A stretch of DNA of 64,000 nucleotides from Octopus vulgaris (taxonomy: Eukaryota), in the NCBI GenBank assembly GCA_951406725.2, contig OX597815.1:18414001-18478000 (forward strand), given 5' to 3'. The notes below the pieces were generated by a model, which was not told where the DNA came from, searched no databases, and saw only the letters and a list, made by a program, of their open reading frames with translations. Position 1 is the first letter of the stretch. Each line of letters opens with the position of its first letter. Below, in pieces: positions 14,456 to 28,195 of the stretch. The position numbers were made by a program, and so were the translations under genes.

Positions 14456-15488
14456 CGATGCTATTTCGTTGGTAGACCCTCATTAGAAATTGCTTTCGAG
14501 GTCCGTTTATAGAAACAGTGCCTGTTTGATATGAAGCAGTTTGAATGTAAATGGCACCTATGTGTAGAAATTTAAGTAGGAGTGAGGGGTAACATAAATT
14601 GCATAGGAGTGAGCATTGCAGATGACAGCAAGAAAAGTTTGGGGGAAGCGTTTTCTAAAAGCATATTTGTCTCAAATTGAACGCCGACAATATAGTGTTA
14701 AACCACGTAGTATATTGTAAGAAATGGATTGGGCAATATCGTATTTTTTTCGTAGATTAAGGAAGATTTTATTACTGATCATGGAGGCCCCATGCCTTTC
14801 ATGTTTGTTAATTTCTATTCATTAACATCATACCCTTAAGAGTAGGTGACACAAAACCCCATATTTGCTGAAAAGGAATATAGTTGTATTAATAGCACCT
14901 TGTTACATGTCTGGTACATGTTGCTTTGATGAAAAGCAACATCAAGTTCAGAAGTATTTGAGCTCAGAACATAAGGTTTGAGTGGGCGTGAAACATAATT
15001 TAAACAATCTATCGCTTCCTCTAATCTGCTGCCCTTCCTCTTTATATAATAATTATTATTATTATCAATGCACAGCAGTTCATATAAATAACCGTGCCAT
15101 TACTCATATATTCTAACGCACACTAACGCTCGCGCATGCCCAAACGCAACTCTTCTGTTGATACTGTATCATTACCTTTGTCTTACACTTCGGTGATTCA
15201 GGTATATTTGGCATTATTTAATCGAAGGAATCCTATTTTATCTAATTAATTACTTTACACTGTACAAACAATTATTTTCGCTTTCCATTTTATTTATATA
15301 TTTTTGCTTCGCTGATAATTTGCAGTACTCGTAAACAGACTTATGTGGTCAGGCAATGATAACTGCTAACACGTATGTAGATATTACAAAAAAAAAAAAC
15401 AGAAAAGAAGAGGTGTATACTGATGTGTACAATATGCTTTCCAAACCATTATGGTAGGGTACAAATAAATAAATAAATAAATGAATAA

Positions 15489-15535
<47 letters not shown>

Positions 15536-16562
15536 TAACAGTAGAGTCAAGGACGTTAATCATACAGAATTTTATTTCGTCCTTCGTTGTGCTGAGTTCA
15601 AACAACACTAGATTTAAACTTGGGTACGATTCCCAAACTAGGGATCACAGCCCAAATTGGGTGGTGGTATTATTCTGAAAAAAAATCTTGAAGCGAAAAT
15701 ATCCTTTTGAGATATTTCATAAAATGTAAAATGTTCATGAGTATATATTTTACAATAAGATTTAAGACTACATAAAGAGCTACAACACAAAATTTACTGC
15801 AAAACATGAGCAAATCATTCCCATAAAAAGGAATAAAATCTTAATGCATTAAATATCTTGAAATATGTTTTTATATAAATATTTCAAAAGTGGGTCAAAG
15901 ATTATTGATTTGTTAAAGTGTGTTTTGATGGTGAAAAGAACCGCATCACTTATTGGTCAACAAAATATGTACAACCAGTGTTGTAGTTGCATTGAATTGA
16001 TTACCCACCTCACCTATAATTTTCTAACCTTGTATCAATATGAGAATTCAATACGTGAAGTTGCGGAAGCAAGCTTCTGATGGGTAAACACCAAAATCAC
16101 AGCTGAATGTCATTTATATCTTTATGCTGTCATTGTTTACTTCCATCGTCTTTTAACCAAGCTTTACAGACAGAAATAATTCAACTTTTTTGCTTAAATT
16201 TGACTAACTTGTATTTCCTGAGATGTTTTTTCTTTTATTAATCTAATCTCTTCTTTAGAATTTAGATAGAAGAAGGGAAAATGTGTTGAGGAAGGAAAGA
16301 AACAGAAGACGGACGTAACGGAGAAATATGTTTTGTTTTGTGACAGAAAAGGCGGCTGTGATGGAGGTTAGAATACGAGAACAGGTATGATGGTGGATTC
16401 AGGAAAAAATGGAGATGTAAGAAAGATAGCTAAAAGTAGATTAGGCTCGTGGTAAACTGGTGTATTGTAAATGAAAAACAAAATACCCAGTATAATCTGA
16501 GAGAAATAAAAAGCAAAGTAAAATCAACTGGTGTAATGATGTGATTCCGCGAACACACACAC

Positions 16563-16612
<50 letters not shown>

Positions 16613-16651
16613 ATTATATATATATATATGTATTACATATATATATATATA

Positions 16652-16944
16652 TCACCGTGATAACCGTGACCGACCAGGCTATCCGATGTTGCTACACATT
16701 ACTGGTCACAATGCGTTTCGCATTGTTATAGCCTTCAAATGACGCCACCCCAGAGGCTAGGCGAGCAGGCCAACAGGAGAAAGAGTGACAGAAAGTTGTG
16801 GCCAAAGAGTACAGCAGGTTTGGCCCCCACCACTGCCGGAGTGTCGTGGAGCTTTAGGTGTTTTCGCTCAATAAACACCCACAACGCCCGGTCTGGGAAT
16901 CGAAACCGTGATCCTACGACCGCGAGTCCGATGCCCTAACCACT
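16652..16944 (-). mobile_element. tRNA-derived SINE family C
   Basis: Head matches the reverse complement of 33760-33870 (gtggttagggca.cggactcgcggtcgtaggatc), with a different 3' part. Confidence 0.85.
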
Positions 16945-17110
16945 CACACACATACATGCATACACACACACATATATATATAAATACATTTTACGATAAA
17001 ATGATGAAACAGGTAATTTCATCCCAAATTCTTTGTAAACTCCTAAATATATCTCCTTCTGTGTATATGTATGTATACTACCAAAATATGACCTTTTTGA
17101 ACTTTTAATT

Positions 17111-17644
<534 letters not shown>

Positions 17645-18730
17645 CTGGTCCCACTCCTGAACTATATGGTCGTTATATTGACGACATTATCGGTGCCACC
17701 TCACTCTCCCGCGAACATCTAGATTCCTTCCTCTCTTTCGTTCAATCTTTCCATCCAGCCCTCCACTTCACTTCCACTATCTCCAACACCTCTGTCTCCT
17801 TCCTCGACATTTCGGTTAGCATTCTTCACACCACTCTTACCACCTCCATTCACTACAAACACACAGACTCACACTCCTACCTCAACTTCTCTTCCTCCCA
17901 CCCAGAACACACCAAGCTTTCCATCCCCTATTCCCAATTCCTCCGTCTACGTAGGCTCTGTAGTGACGACCATGACTTTGAGACTCAGTCTCAACGTATG
18001 GTTCACCACTTCACCCTACGTGGATACCCCCTCACCACTATCCACACCGCCCTTGCCAGAGCACGGTCCGTGGACCGTGTATCTGCTCTCTCTCCCCGAA
18101 CCCGCCCTGTAGACTCCCGCCTCCCTTTTCCCCTCACTTACCACCCAACGACCCTACGTCTCCAACGCACCATTCTTCGAGCTTTCCGTCATCTCCAGTC
18201 CGACCCGTCCACTTCACACCTCTTCCCTAACCGACCCCTCCCCTCTTTCAAACGAGCCCACAACCTTCGAGACCTTTTGGTCCATAGCTCCTTCCCTGAC
18301 CCTACCTCCCAACCCGGCTCGTTCCCCTGCTCCCGCCCACGTTGCCGCACTTGCCCTTACCTCTCCAACACCACCCGCCTCACTAGCACCCACCATCGAC
18401 CCTATCCCATCATCCACTCCTTCACCTGCACCTCCAGCAATATTATCTATTGCATCTCTTGCTCCCTCTGCAATTCCTTGTACATCGGACAAACGGGACG
18501 CCGCTTGGCTGACCGGTTCGCGGAACACCTTCGTGACATCCACCTTGCGAACGACACACCGGTCTCACGCCATTTCCGCTCCACCGGTCACTCCTTGCAA
18601 CACCTATCTGTGTTCGGTTTGTCCTTACACAGAGGCCATCCGGATTCCCGTTTGCGCCGTGAACAGGAATTAATCTTCTCTCTTCGCTCTTATACGCCAT
18701 TTGGTCTCAACTCTCCCCCCTCCTCATCTA
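17645..18730 (+). pseudogene. PLE polyprotein C-terminal half: RT (YIDD) and thumb, Cys-rich linker, GIY-YIG endonuclease
   Basis: YGRYIDDII; SFLDISV; SIPYSQFLRLRRLCS; CSRPRCRTC; IIYCISCSLCNSLYIGQTGRRLADRFAEH; terminal GLN. The N-terminal MYIYIY and Pro/Leu/Ser tail of the listed ORF are artefacts. Confidence 0.93.
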
Positions 18731-19577
18731 ACCCCCCTCTCCCCCTCCTCACCTATCCTTTCTCCCCCCGACCCCTACTTCTTCAGTCCTTCATCCTTTC
18801 ACCCCTACTCCCCTTCCCTTCTTCCCTCTTTCTCCCTCCCTCTTCCCCTTCCCTCTGCTCCCTCACTCCCTCTCTCCCCTTCTCTCTCCCCTCTCCCTCT
18901 TTCCTCCTTCATCCCCCTCATCCCCTTCCTTCTCCCCCATCCTCTCCTCTCCCCCCTTCTCCTCCCCCTCTTCTTCCCCTCCCCTTCTCTCCCCCTCTTC
19001 TCCTCCTCCCCCTCTTCTCCTCACTACACCACATGACTTTACACATCACATCACATATGATGTGCCATACTAATACACACACCAACTAATACATACTAAT
19101 ACGTACTAATACATACTAGTACATACTAATACTTACACCAACCCTATACATACACACGTCCAGACCCGCATACGCACTTATATACTCTCTCACACACACA
19201 CACAGACACCTATACATACCAATACGTACTAATACATACTAATACATACTAATACATACACCAACCCCATACATACGCACGTCCAGACCAATCTTACGCA
19301 CTAATACTCTCTCATACACACACACACACACACACACACACCCTTATACATACTAATACATACACCAACCCTATACATACACACATCCAGACCCCTCCCA
19401 CGCACTTTTAGCTGGTCCCTCAACCCTTTTATCAACCCTATTATCTCCCCTTATTTCGCTCTCGCGTCTCATGTTTGATCTTTGACCTCTGGCCGAAATC
19501 AGATCGCCATGTTGATTCGTTAGCTACTGCACGCATTTTTTTCTCTCCTTCTTTCTGTGTTTTTCTCTCTCTGTGTA

Positions 19578-19615
19578 TCTTTCTGTTGAAGAGCGTAGGC
19601 TCGAAACGTTAAAGA
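19578..19615 (+). ncRNA. Minimal type-I hammerhead-like motif in PLE pLTR (CUGUUGA core)
   Basis: tcttt-CTGTTGA-a-gagc-gtag-gctc-GAA-ACGT-T-aaaga. Confidence 0.65.
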
Positions 19616-19714
19616 CTTGTTTTATTTATATTTCCTGAGCGCCATACTAATACAATTGTTCGTTTGTTTTCCACCTGCCTTCGTCTTTTGTTTATTTTCA
19701 TAAAGCCTCCCGTT

Positions 19715-19721
19715 ATATACA

Positions 19722-19753
<32 letters not shown>

Positions 19754-19764
19754 CATATATATAC

Positions 19765-19825
<61 letters not shown>

Positions 19826-19842
19826 TACACATATATATATAT

Positions 19843-19891
<49 letters not shown>

Positions 19892-19899
19892 CACATATA

Positions 19900-19935
<36 letters not shown>

Positions 19936-19970
19936 TGTATGTATGTATGTATGTATGTATGTATGTATGT
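19715..19970. repeat. (TA)n/(TATG)n microsatellite
   Basis: Read directly. Confidence 0.95.
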
Positions 19971-20403
19971 GTAGGGTGGTCCAAAAGTAGGCTTACAGTT
20001 ATTCAACTATCTCTTTTGCATTCATATGTTGATCGATTAGATCTTTATTTAAAAAATATGAAACCATTATTCTATGCTAATTTAGTTAATTCTAAGTTAG
20101 ATATTTAAATGCAATAAGATGAACTAAACACAATTTATATATGCTTTTTAGGAGATTAATAACATCCATTGTAAGCTTATCGCTGATCTAAATTTTTAAC
20201 ACTACCACCCCTTATAATCAGGCCCTCCAAATAAGCGGCTTCCACGAGAAAATCTATTATACCCTCAACAATAAGCATAAACTAAAATAGCATATTTCTT
20301 CCCCAATACTAACCCTGAATCTACGGACGCTACTTCCATTCTACTTGGACGAGTAACGGCCTTGTTGCGCTACCCATATAGAACTTGTTGCATTTGTTAC
20401 ATA

Positions 20404-21754
20404 GTATTCAATGCTTTGTGACTGAATTTTGTACAATGATGCTGTGTGAAAGCCCGTCATACACACACAAAGAAACACACATGTATATACACACTGACGT
20501 GTATGTACATATTTGTGTTTGCACCACACTCTTCACAAACGGTGTTAATTTGTGTATTCAATGCTTTGTGACTGAATTTTGTACGATGAAGCTGTGTGAA
20601 AGCCCGTCATACACACACAAAGAAACACACATGTATATACACACTGACGTGTATGTACATATTTGTGTTTGCACCACACTCTTCACAAACGGTGTTAATT
20701 TGTGTATTCAATGCTTTGTGACTGAATTTTGTACGATGAAGCTGTGTGAAAGCCCGTCATACACACACAAAGAAACACACATGTATATACACACTGACGT
20801 GTATGTACATATTTGTGTTTGCACCACACTCTTCACAAACGGTGTTAATTTGTGTATTCAATGCTTTGTGACTGAATTTTGTACGATGAAGCTGTGTGAA
20901 AGCCCGTCATACACACACAAAGAAACACACATGTATATACACACTGACGTGTATGTACATATTTGTGTTTGCACCACACTCTTCACAAACGGTGTTAATT
21001 TGTGTATTCAATGCTTTGTGACTGAATTTTGTACGATGAAGCTGTGTGAAAGCCCGTCATACACACACAAAGAAACACACATGTATATACACACTGACGT
21101 GTATGTACATATTTGTGTTTGCACCACACTCTTCACAAACGGTGTTAATTTGTGTATTCAATGCTTTGTGACTGAATTTTGTACGATGAAGCTGTGTGAA
21201 AGCCCGTCATACACACACAAAGAAACACACATGTATATACACACTGACGTGTATGTACATATTTGTGTTTGCACCACACTCTTCACAAACGGTGTTAATT
21301 TGTGTATTCAATGCTTTGTGACTGAATTTTGTACGATGAAGCTGTGTGAAAGCCCGTCATACACACACAAAGAAACACACATGTATATACACACTGACGT
21401 GTATGTACATATTTGTGTTTGCACCACACTCTTCACAAACGGTGTTAATTTGTGTATTCAATGCTTTGTGACTGAATTTTGTACGATGAAGCTGTGTGAA
21501 AGCCCGTCATACACACACAAAGAAACACACATGTATATACACACTGACGTGTATGTACATATTTGTGTTTGCACCACACTCTTCACAAACGGTGTTAATT
21601 TGTGTATTCAATGCTTTGTGACTGAATTTTGTACGATGAAGCTGTGTGAAAGCCCGTCATACACACACAAAGAAACACACATGTATATACACACTGACGT
21701 GTATGTACATATTTGTGTTTGCACCACACTCTTCACAAACGGTGTTAATTTGTG
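20404..21754. repeat. 150-bp tandem repeat, 9 copies, derived from an old family-A SINE body
   Basis: Exact 150-nt period; copies 2-9 appear identical and copy 1 has 2 substitutions. Confidence 0.95.
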
Positions 21755-22615
21755 CAGATCAGCATAACTTAGTTGTTTAGTAAAAGTGACCAATAGAATA
21801 AGTACCGCAACTGTAAAAAACCGTTCAAAGCAGGATTTGTGGATAGCGGACAGTGGACCTTTGGACAGTAGCATACATTTGAATAACGGAAAGAAAAACA
21901 AGTATGTCAAGTACTATACAACATACTACAATATAGGGTAATACTAGCGTATGTGTATATGTGTCTTTATGTATGTATGCTTATACAAAGATACATAAAT
22001 ACATACATATGCAAATACATACGAGCATACACTCGCGCGAGCACATACAGACACATATACACACGCACGCAGTCATACACATATATATATTACTGAAAGA
22101 AAATTTGGCAATGACTTTGTGTATATTTAGTGATCATCCACCGTGGAACATTATACGTTCAAGTTCGCTGTACCAAGTGGTACTTGTATGGAGAAAGATT
22201 GATGGCAACTGACAAACGTTATAATGTTACGCTCTAACTAATAATGTTTACCACCTGAGACTCGAAGCGACTGAGAAGCGTATCTTAGGTAACTGGTTAT
22301 TAAAATAAATATGTTTCCAATGATTGTAAGAAAAAAGTAACTATTTTAAGAGGTAATTTAGCTCCATATATCCTGGGCCGGAATTACTACGCGACCTAAT
22401 ATTTTAACGCGAACTATGCACGTTGATATAGATTTCATAGTAATACATAGAAAATACTTTGGGAAAGAAATAAACACAAGTGAAAAGAGAAGGAAAGAAT
22501 GGAGAGAATGGAGAGAAAGAGAATAAGGATATTTTGATAATTGTAACGGAATTTATTTTGCTGTTCTTATAAATTTATCAATACTGGCGACATAACTATA
22601 TATTAGTGAAAGAAA

Positions 22616-23582
22616 GGCGGCGAGCTGGCAGAATCGTTAGCATACCGGGCGAAATGCGTAGCCGTATTTCGTCTGCCGTTACGTTCTGAGTTCAAATTCC
22701 GCCGAGGTCGATTTTGCCTTTCATCCTTTCGGGGTCGATAAATAAAGTACCAGTTACGCACTGGGGTCGATATAATCGACTTAATCCCTTCGTCTGTCTT
22801 TGTTTGTCCCCTCTATGTTTAGCCCCTTGTGAGTAGTAAAGAAATAGGAATTTCGTCTGTCTTTACGTTCTTAGTTCAAATTCCGCCGAGGTCGACTTTG
22901 CCTTTCATCCTTTCGGGGTCGATAAATAAAGTACCATTTACGCACTGGGGTCGATATAATCGACTTAATCTTTTTGTCTGTCCTTGTATGTCCCCTCTAT
23001 GTTTAGCCCCTTGTGGGTAGTAAAGAAATAGGTATTTCGTCTGTCTTTACGTTCTGAGTTCAAATTCCGCCGAGGTCGATTTTGCCTTTCATCCTTTCGG
23101 GGTCGATATATAAAGTACCAGTTTCGCACTGAGGTCGATATTATCGACTTAATCCCTTCGTCTGTCTTTGTTTGTCCCCTCTGTGTTTAGCCCCTTGTGG
23201 GTAGTAAAGAAATAGGTATTTCGTCTGTCTTTACGTTCTCAGTTCAAATTCCACCGAGGTCGATTTTGCCTTTCATCCTTTCGGGGTCGATAAATTAAGT
23301 ACCAGTTACGCACTGGGGTCGATATTATCGACTTAATCCCTTTGTCTATCTTTGTTTGTCCCCCCAATGTTTAGCCCCTTGTGAGTAGTAAAGAAATAGG
23401 TATTTCGTCTGTCTGTACGTTCTCAGTTCAAATTCCGCCGAGGTCGATTTTGCCTTTCATCCTTTCGGGGTCGATAAATTAAGTACCAGTTACGCACTGG
23501 GGTCGATATAATCGACTTAATCCCTTCGTCTGTCTTTGCTTGTCCCATCTATGTTTAGCCCCTTGTGGGCAATAAAGAAATA
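22616..23582 (+). mobile_element. SINE family B: one head plus five tandem 184-bp body units, with a 19-bp TSD
   Basis: Units start at 22664, 22848, 23032, 23216 and 23400; TSD tatatattag(t/c)gaaagaaa at 22597-22615 and 23583-23601. Confidence 0.92.
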
Positions 23583-25566
23583 TATATATTAGCGAAAGAA
23601 ATAATTTCAGAATGGAAACAAATAAAAGTATCCCACAAGAGGAAACAAGTATATGTGTATTTGCTCTCAATGACCGCAACATTTGAACATTGCTGTCAGG
23701 ATTCAGAATGACAAAAGGTAACTTCACAATTTTCAATGAGTTCAAGCTCTGCAAGGATCGAAGCTAAGTTCTTTATTGCCCCATCATGAATTTCTAACCA
23801 CAGTAGAGTTTGAATTCAGAACGCGTAAAGGCATAGTTTAATCTTGAATTATAATGTAGACACAACGTTGCATGTTTTTGATTGGAAGGTATATATGAGG
23901 AGATCAATCCATATTTTGTCTGATACTTAATTTATAGAATTCTGAAACGCATAGTCAACACCGATAAGATTTGAGCTCATCTTAAAGAGACGCAATTAAA
24001 TGCTACAAAGAATTTCCTGCAGTTGGATTTTGCCACCCACCACACAAACTGATGTGAAATATCATTCTTTTGTTCTGTACCCTTCTACCATGTCCAAGCC
24101 AAACAAGTTCTGGGATCTAAGCCCCGAGAGAAAGTAATGGAAATGATACTTTGTTTAAAATATCATCGTGTATGCAAACTTTGAATATCACAAGTGCAGA
24201 AAGGATAACTGGAGACAGTTAGAATTTGTGAAAATGTATAGTTTAACAAACTAGTTATTATATGAATAATGTTTGCATCTGAATTTGGCAAAATATTGAA
24301 ACTTCACATTGAATGACCATTCATGAAGAACAAGTAAACGACGCTGAAAGCATCGGAAAAGAATAGACCTCAGTAAACCGAGGAATGCTATTAAAACAGT
24401 GACGTAGAAATATTAGGCTTTTGTTGTTGGTGTTTAGCCCCAAGTCAGATCTGACCAGCAGCCTGATGATCAAAGTTTTCAGCCATGACTATTCCATTCT
24501 TTTTCAGACATTATTCAAAGTGTTCTTCGTAAATTAATACAGTATCTAGCATTGTGAAAAAATTGGTTGATATTTGAAGGAAATCAAGTTGCTTATCGGT
24601 TTATGTTTACAGTTTTCTATAGTTTCATTTATCGTCGAATCATTATACTATACGAGGTACCTTTTATTATAAATTGCATATGTAATATTAGCTAAGAGTT
24701 GAGGAAGAGTGGAATAAGAATAGAAGAGAAATTTATAAAGGAGGAAAAAATAAAACAAGAAGGAGAGGATGTTAGGTTTAACAGAAAGGTCAGTCAAAGA
24801 ATGCAGATTTAAATGTTAAGAGACGTTGTGTGTCTATTCGGAAAGCAGTTGGGTTGGATGATATGAGAATAGTGTAGTGTCTGTATGTCACCTAAATAAA
24901 ATATTGTTCGAAAAAAAAAAAGAAACGCTGCTGGGGGTGGGGGTTATCTTTCATTTACTATTTTCAGTAATATGTCAAAGGGTTTGAAATGTTTGAATGT
25001 CCTCAATGGTTTATGCACACAAGAAAATAGCAACTTTGTTAAAAAGAAACGAATTGGAAAATATTTTGTAACATTTAGAAATACGAGGTTTAAATCGATT
25101 ATATGATTATACATTTTGACAAGGTATAAATCTGCATTGGGTGTCATGGCTGGAGTTTTTTTTTCTCATTTTTAAGACTTCATATAATGTAGAGAAAAAA
25201 AAGAAACAGATGGTATTTTCACTGTGAATATGGGACTCGAAAGATTCATTTGAAATTTCGGAAATTGTCGGACTCTATATCTTAAAGCGTATATATAAGA
25301 GATTTCCATGTATCGACGGAGCGCTTTATAGAAACAATGTGATACTGAACATCGTAGCATCAAGCACCAACAAACAGAAATTTAGGAAAATAACTTTTTC
25401 CTGAAGTCAATAACCACGAATTTGCAAATGTACCCCCTCGGACTTCTTTGTATGACTCTTCTTCAACTACTTAGTAACATTATATTTGCAATTTACCTCC
25501 TAAATACAAATGAAGGTCAATAGTGACTCTAAACATTTTCAGCTGCAATAACATGTATGTAGGTAT

Positions 25567-25986
25567 ACTCTTTACTCTCTTTTACTTGTTTCAGTCATTT
25601 GACTGTGGCCATGCTGGAGCACCGCCATTAGTCGACCCAACTGACCCCAGGACTTATTCTTTATAAGCCTAGTACTTATTCTATCAATCTCTTTTGCCGA
25701 ACCACTGAGTTACGGGGACGTAAACACACCAGCATCAGTTGTCAAGCAATGCTAGGAGGACAAACACAGACATACAAACATATTCACGCACACATACATA
25801 TATATGTACATATACATATATACGACGGGCTTCTTTCAGTTTCCGTCTACCAAATCCACTCACAAGGCATTGGTCGGCCTGGGGCTATAGTAGGAGACAC
25901 TTGCCCAAGATGCCACGCAGTGGGACTGAACCCAGAACCATGTGGTTCGTTAGCAAGCTACTTACCACACAGCACTCCTACGCCTG
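25567..25986 (-). mobile_element. SINE family A
   Basis: Full-length reverse-complement copy. Confidence 0.9.
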
Positions 25987-26279
25987 TATGTCATTATTCA
26001 ATTTATTTCAAGATTTCTCGCCAATATAGTAAGAACCGGTTTCTAACTTAGATACAAGGCCCTTTCTTTGGAATTTCAACATCAACTACAGAGTATTTTT
26101 TTATGTATGTATGTATGTATGTATGTATGTATGTATGTATGTATGTATGTATGTATCTATGTATGTATGTATCTATGTATGTGTGTATGTACGTATGTAT
26201 GTATGCATGCGCAGTTTTGTATGTTTTATGTATGTATCCTCATTCATATATTTGCATATCTAGACATACTCATATATAT

Positions 26280-26475
26280 TTAAATGATAAACTTCTGGAA
26301 AATTTTACAGAATTTTAGAGTTCCAGTAATGGATTGGATCTGTAGTCTTCGAATTAGATTTTTCCTTTCTGGCCTTGAGTAGCCCAGTTTCTCAAGATTG
26401 GTATTTAGGCAGTGTGTTACATGTCCCAGGTTACCAATAATTATGGGTATAAACTTGAACTTGTAATCTGATGCA
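26280..26475 (-). mobile_element. 3' end of an R4/Dong/NeSL-like (restriction-endonuclease) non-LTR retrotransposon
   Basis: DYKFKFIPIIIGNLGHV...LQIQSITGTLKFCK matches the PIxIGxLG C-terminal motif of REL LINEs; lies between microsatellites. Confidence 0.75.
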
Positions 26476-26482
26476 TACATGC

Positions 26483-26514
<32 letters not shown>

Positions 26515-27602
26515 GCGCGTGGCCTAGTAATTAGGGTGCTGTACTCACGATCGCAAACTCGTGGTTGTGATCCTGGAACAGCCGGTCGTTGTGTTGTACT
26601 TGAGGATATCCCTTCACGTTACTCCAGTCCACTCATGCGTCTGTTACAGACTACTGTTTCCTTCAGCGGGAATGTAGGCCTGTTCATATGGCCAGTGAAG
26701 TGACATCATTCGAAATTTCAAACAGTTCCATTAAACACATTATGATCAGCGGCGAAAAACAGCACTACATAGTCTGGTCGCTATAGTGATATGTCCACAT
26801 ATATGTATATCTATCTTTATATCTATGTAACTATCAATATATCCATCTATCTGTCTGTCTCATAGCCATAGAAAACTGAGCGTTAAGAACATTGTGCACT
26901 CACATAAATTTATACTTTACACTTGCAGTTCCACTAAGTTACTAATAAGCCCAACCCTTAATAAGAAGAAAATATGTTTGAAGATATTGCAATCCAAGCT
27001 TTCTTTTTCACTACATTCGCGGTGCGCTTTCGAGCGGCTCGCCAAAATTCTGCTTGCAAAATGAGTGCTATTTTCTTTTTTCTTTGAAAATACTCACACC
27101 TTTTACCTGTTTCCTCCGTTGGTAACGATGACAAACATCGCTTTTCCAATCGATCTCCTATATATCCCATGCTTTCAACGAGTGCTACTGGCGACTTGGA
27201 TTCCAGTACAACTTGTTGCATGGTCGATCGTTGAAGAATAAAACAGCATCTCCGCCAGGTTGGCTTGGTGAGGAGAGTTATTAGAAACCCAGCAGGACAA
27301 ACTGTAAAACCTACCAAAAGGATGAATAAACCCTTTTGACAGGTATAAGATCAAAGAGTGTCTAGCAATAGCATGAGCATCTGGATCTTCCAGGTTGGCA
27401 CCCAACATGCTAGAAGGCATCCCTCGAGTAGAAGGTCACATAAACCACATATACAATATGTATACAGAGGGTGCGTGTGTAAGTGTATATCTGTGTCCGA
27501 ATGTACATAATCAGTTTGTGCATCAATGATGCCAGTTGCCATCCTCATAAATCTAGTTCAGTTGTGATATGTTTTAGGAGACCGGTGATCAAAGACATCT
27601 AG

Positions 27603-27647
<45 letters not shown>

Positions 27648-27829
27648 CATACATACACATACATACACACATACACACATATATATATATATATATATGC
27701 TTTATGTAAAATCAGAAGAAATATAACATATTTCTGCTGCTTTTAAATAAAGCATATTACTCTACCTCTGGTATTTGAGTACTCTTTTTTCCACCTTGTT
27801 TCACATTTATGTGCTTATTAGGCATGTAT

Positions 27830-27881
<52 letters not shown>

Positions 27882-28003
27882 CGTTGGTATCTTGCACAGA
27901 CTGGTACCTTGGAAGCATCGTATTGATAAATTTGTATCATTATACTAATGTACAGGTATCTATATTTTGTTTAATTCTTTAAATTTAATATTTGTTTACT
28001 TTA

Positions 28004-28195
28004 TGGCGGTGAGCTAGCCGGGCAAAACGTTTAGCGGTATTTCGTCTGTCTTTGCGCTTTGAATTCGAATGGTCGACTTTGTCTTTCATTTTTTCGGGGT
28101 CGATGAAATAAGTACCAGTTGAATAGTGGGGTCGATGTAATCGACTCAACCACTTCTTCGAAATTGCTGGATTTGTGCCAAAATTTGAAACCAAT
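28004..28195 (+). mobile_element. Older SINE family B copy
   Basis: ggcggtgagctag...gtcgactttgtctttcat...ggggtcgatgaaataagtaccag. Confidence 0.75.

Larger units (their letters stand above)
17645..19714 (+). mobile_element. 5'-truncated Penelope-like retroelement (probably Neptune-type) with 3' pseudo-LTR, inserted in (TA)n
   Basis: RT/GIY-YIG ORF, polypyrimidine and CA-rich 3' region, pLTR with hammerhead motif, (TA)n on both flanks. Confidence 0.92.

Noticed and set aside
18731-19089. Pro/Leu/Ser-rich C-terminal extension of the PLE ORF
   Set aside because: Read-through into a polypyrimidine tract after an apparent frameshift at the natural end
20385-21767. 460-aa Cys/His repeat ORF as a zinc-finger or metallothionein-like gene
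   Set aside because: It is the translation of a SINE-derived 150-bp satellite with essentially identical units and no C2H2 spacing
20404-23582. Tandem arrays as CRISPR
   Set aside because: There are no unique spacers or cas genes, and the context is eukaryotic repeats
26958-27317. 119-aa minus-strand ORF
   Set aside because: Non-ATG start and no recognisable domain
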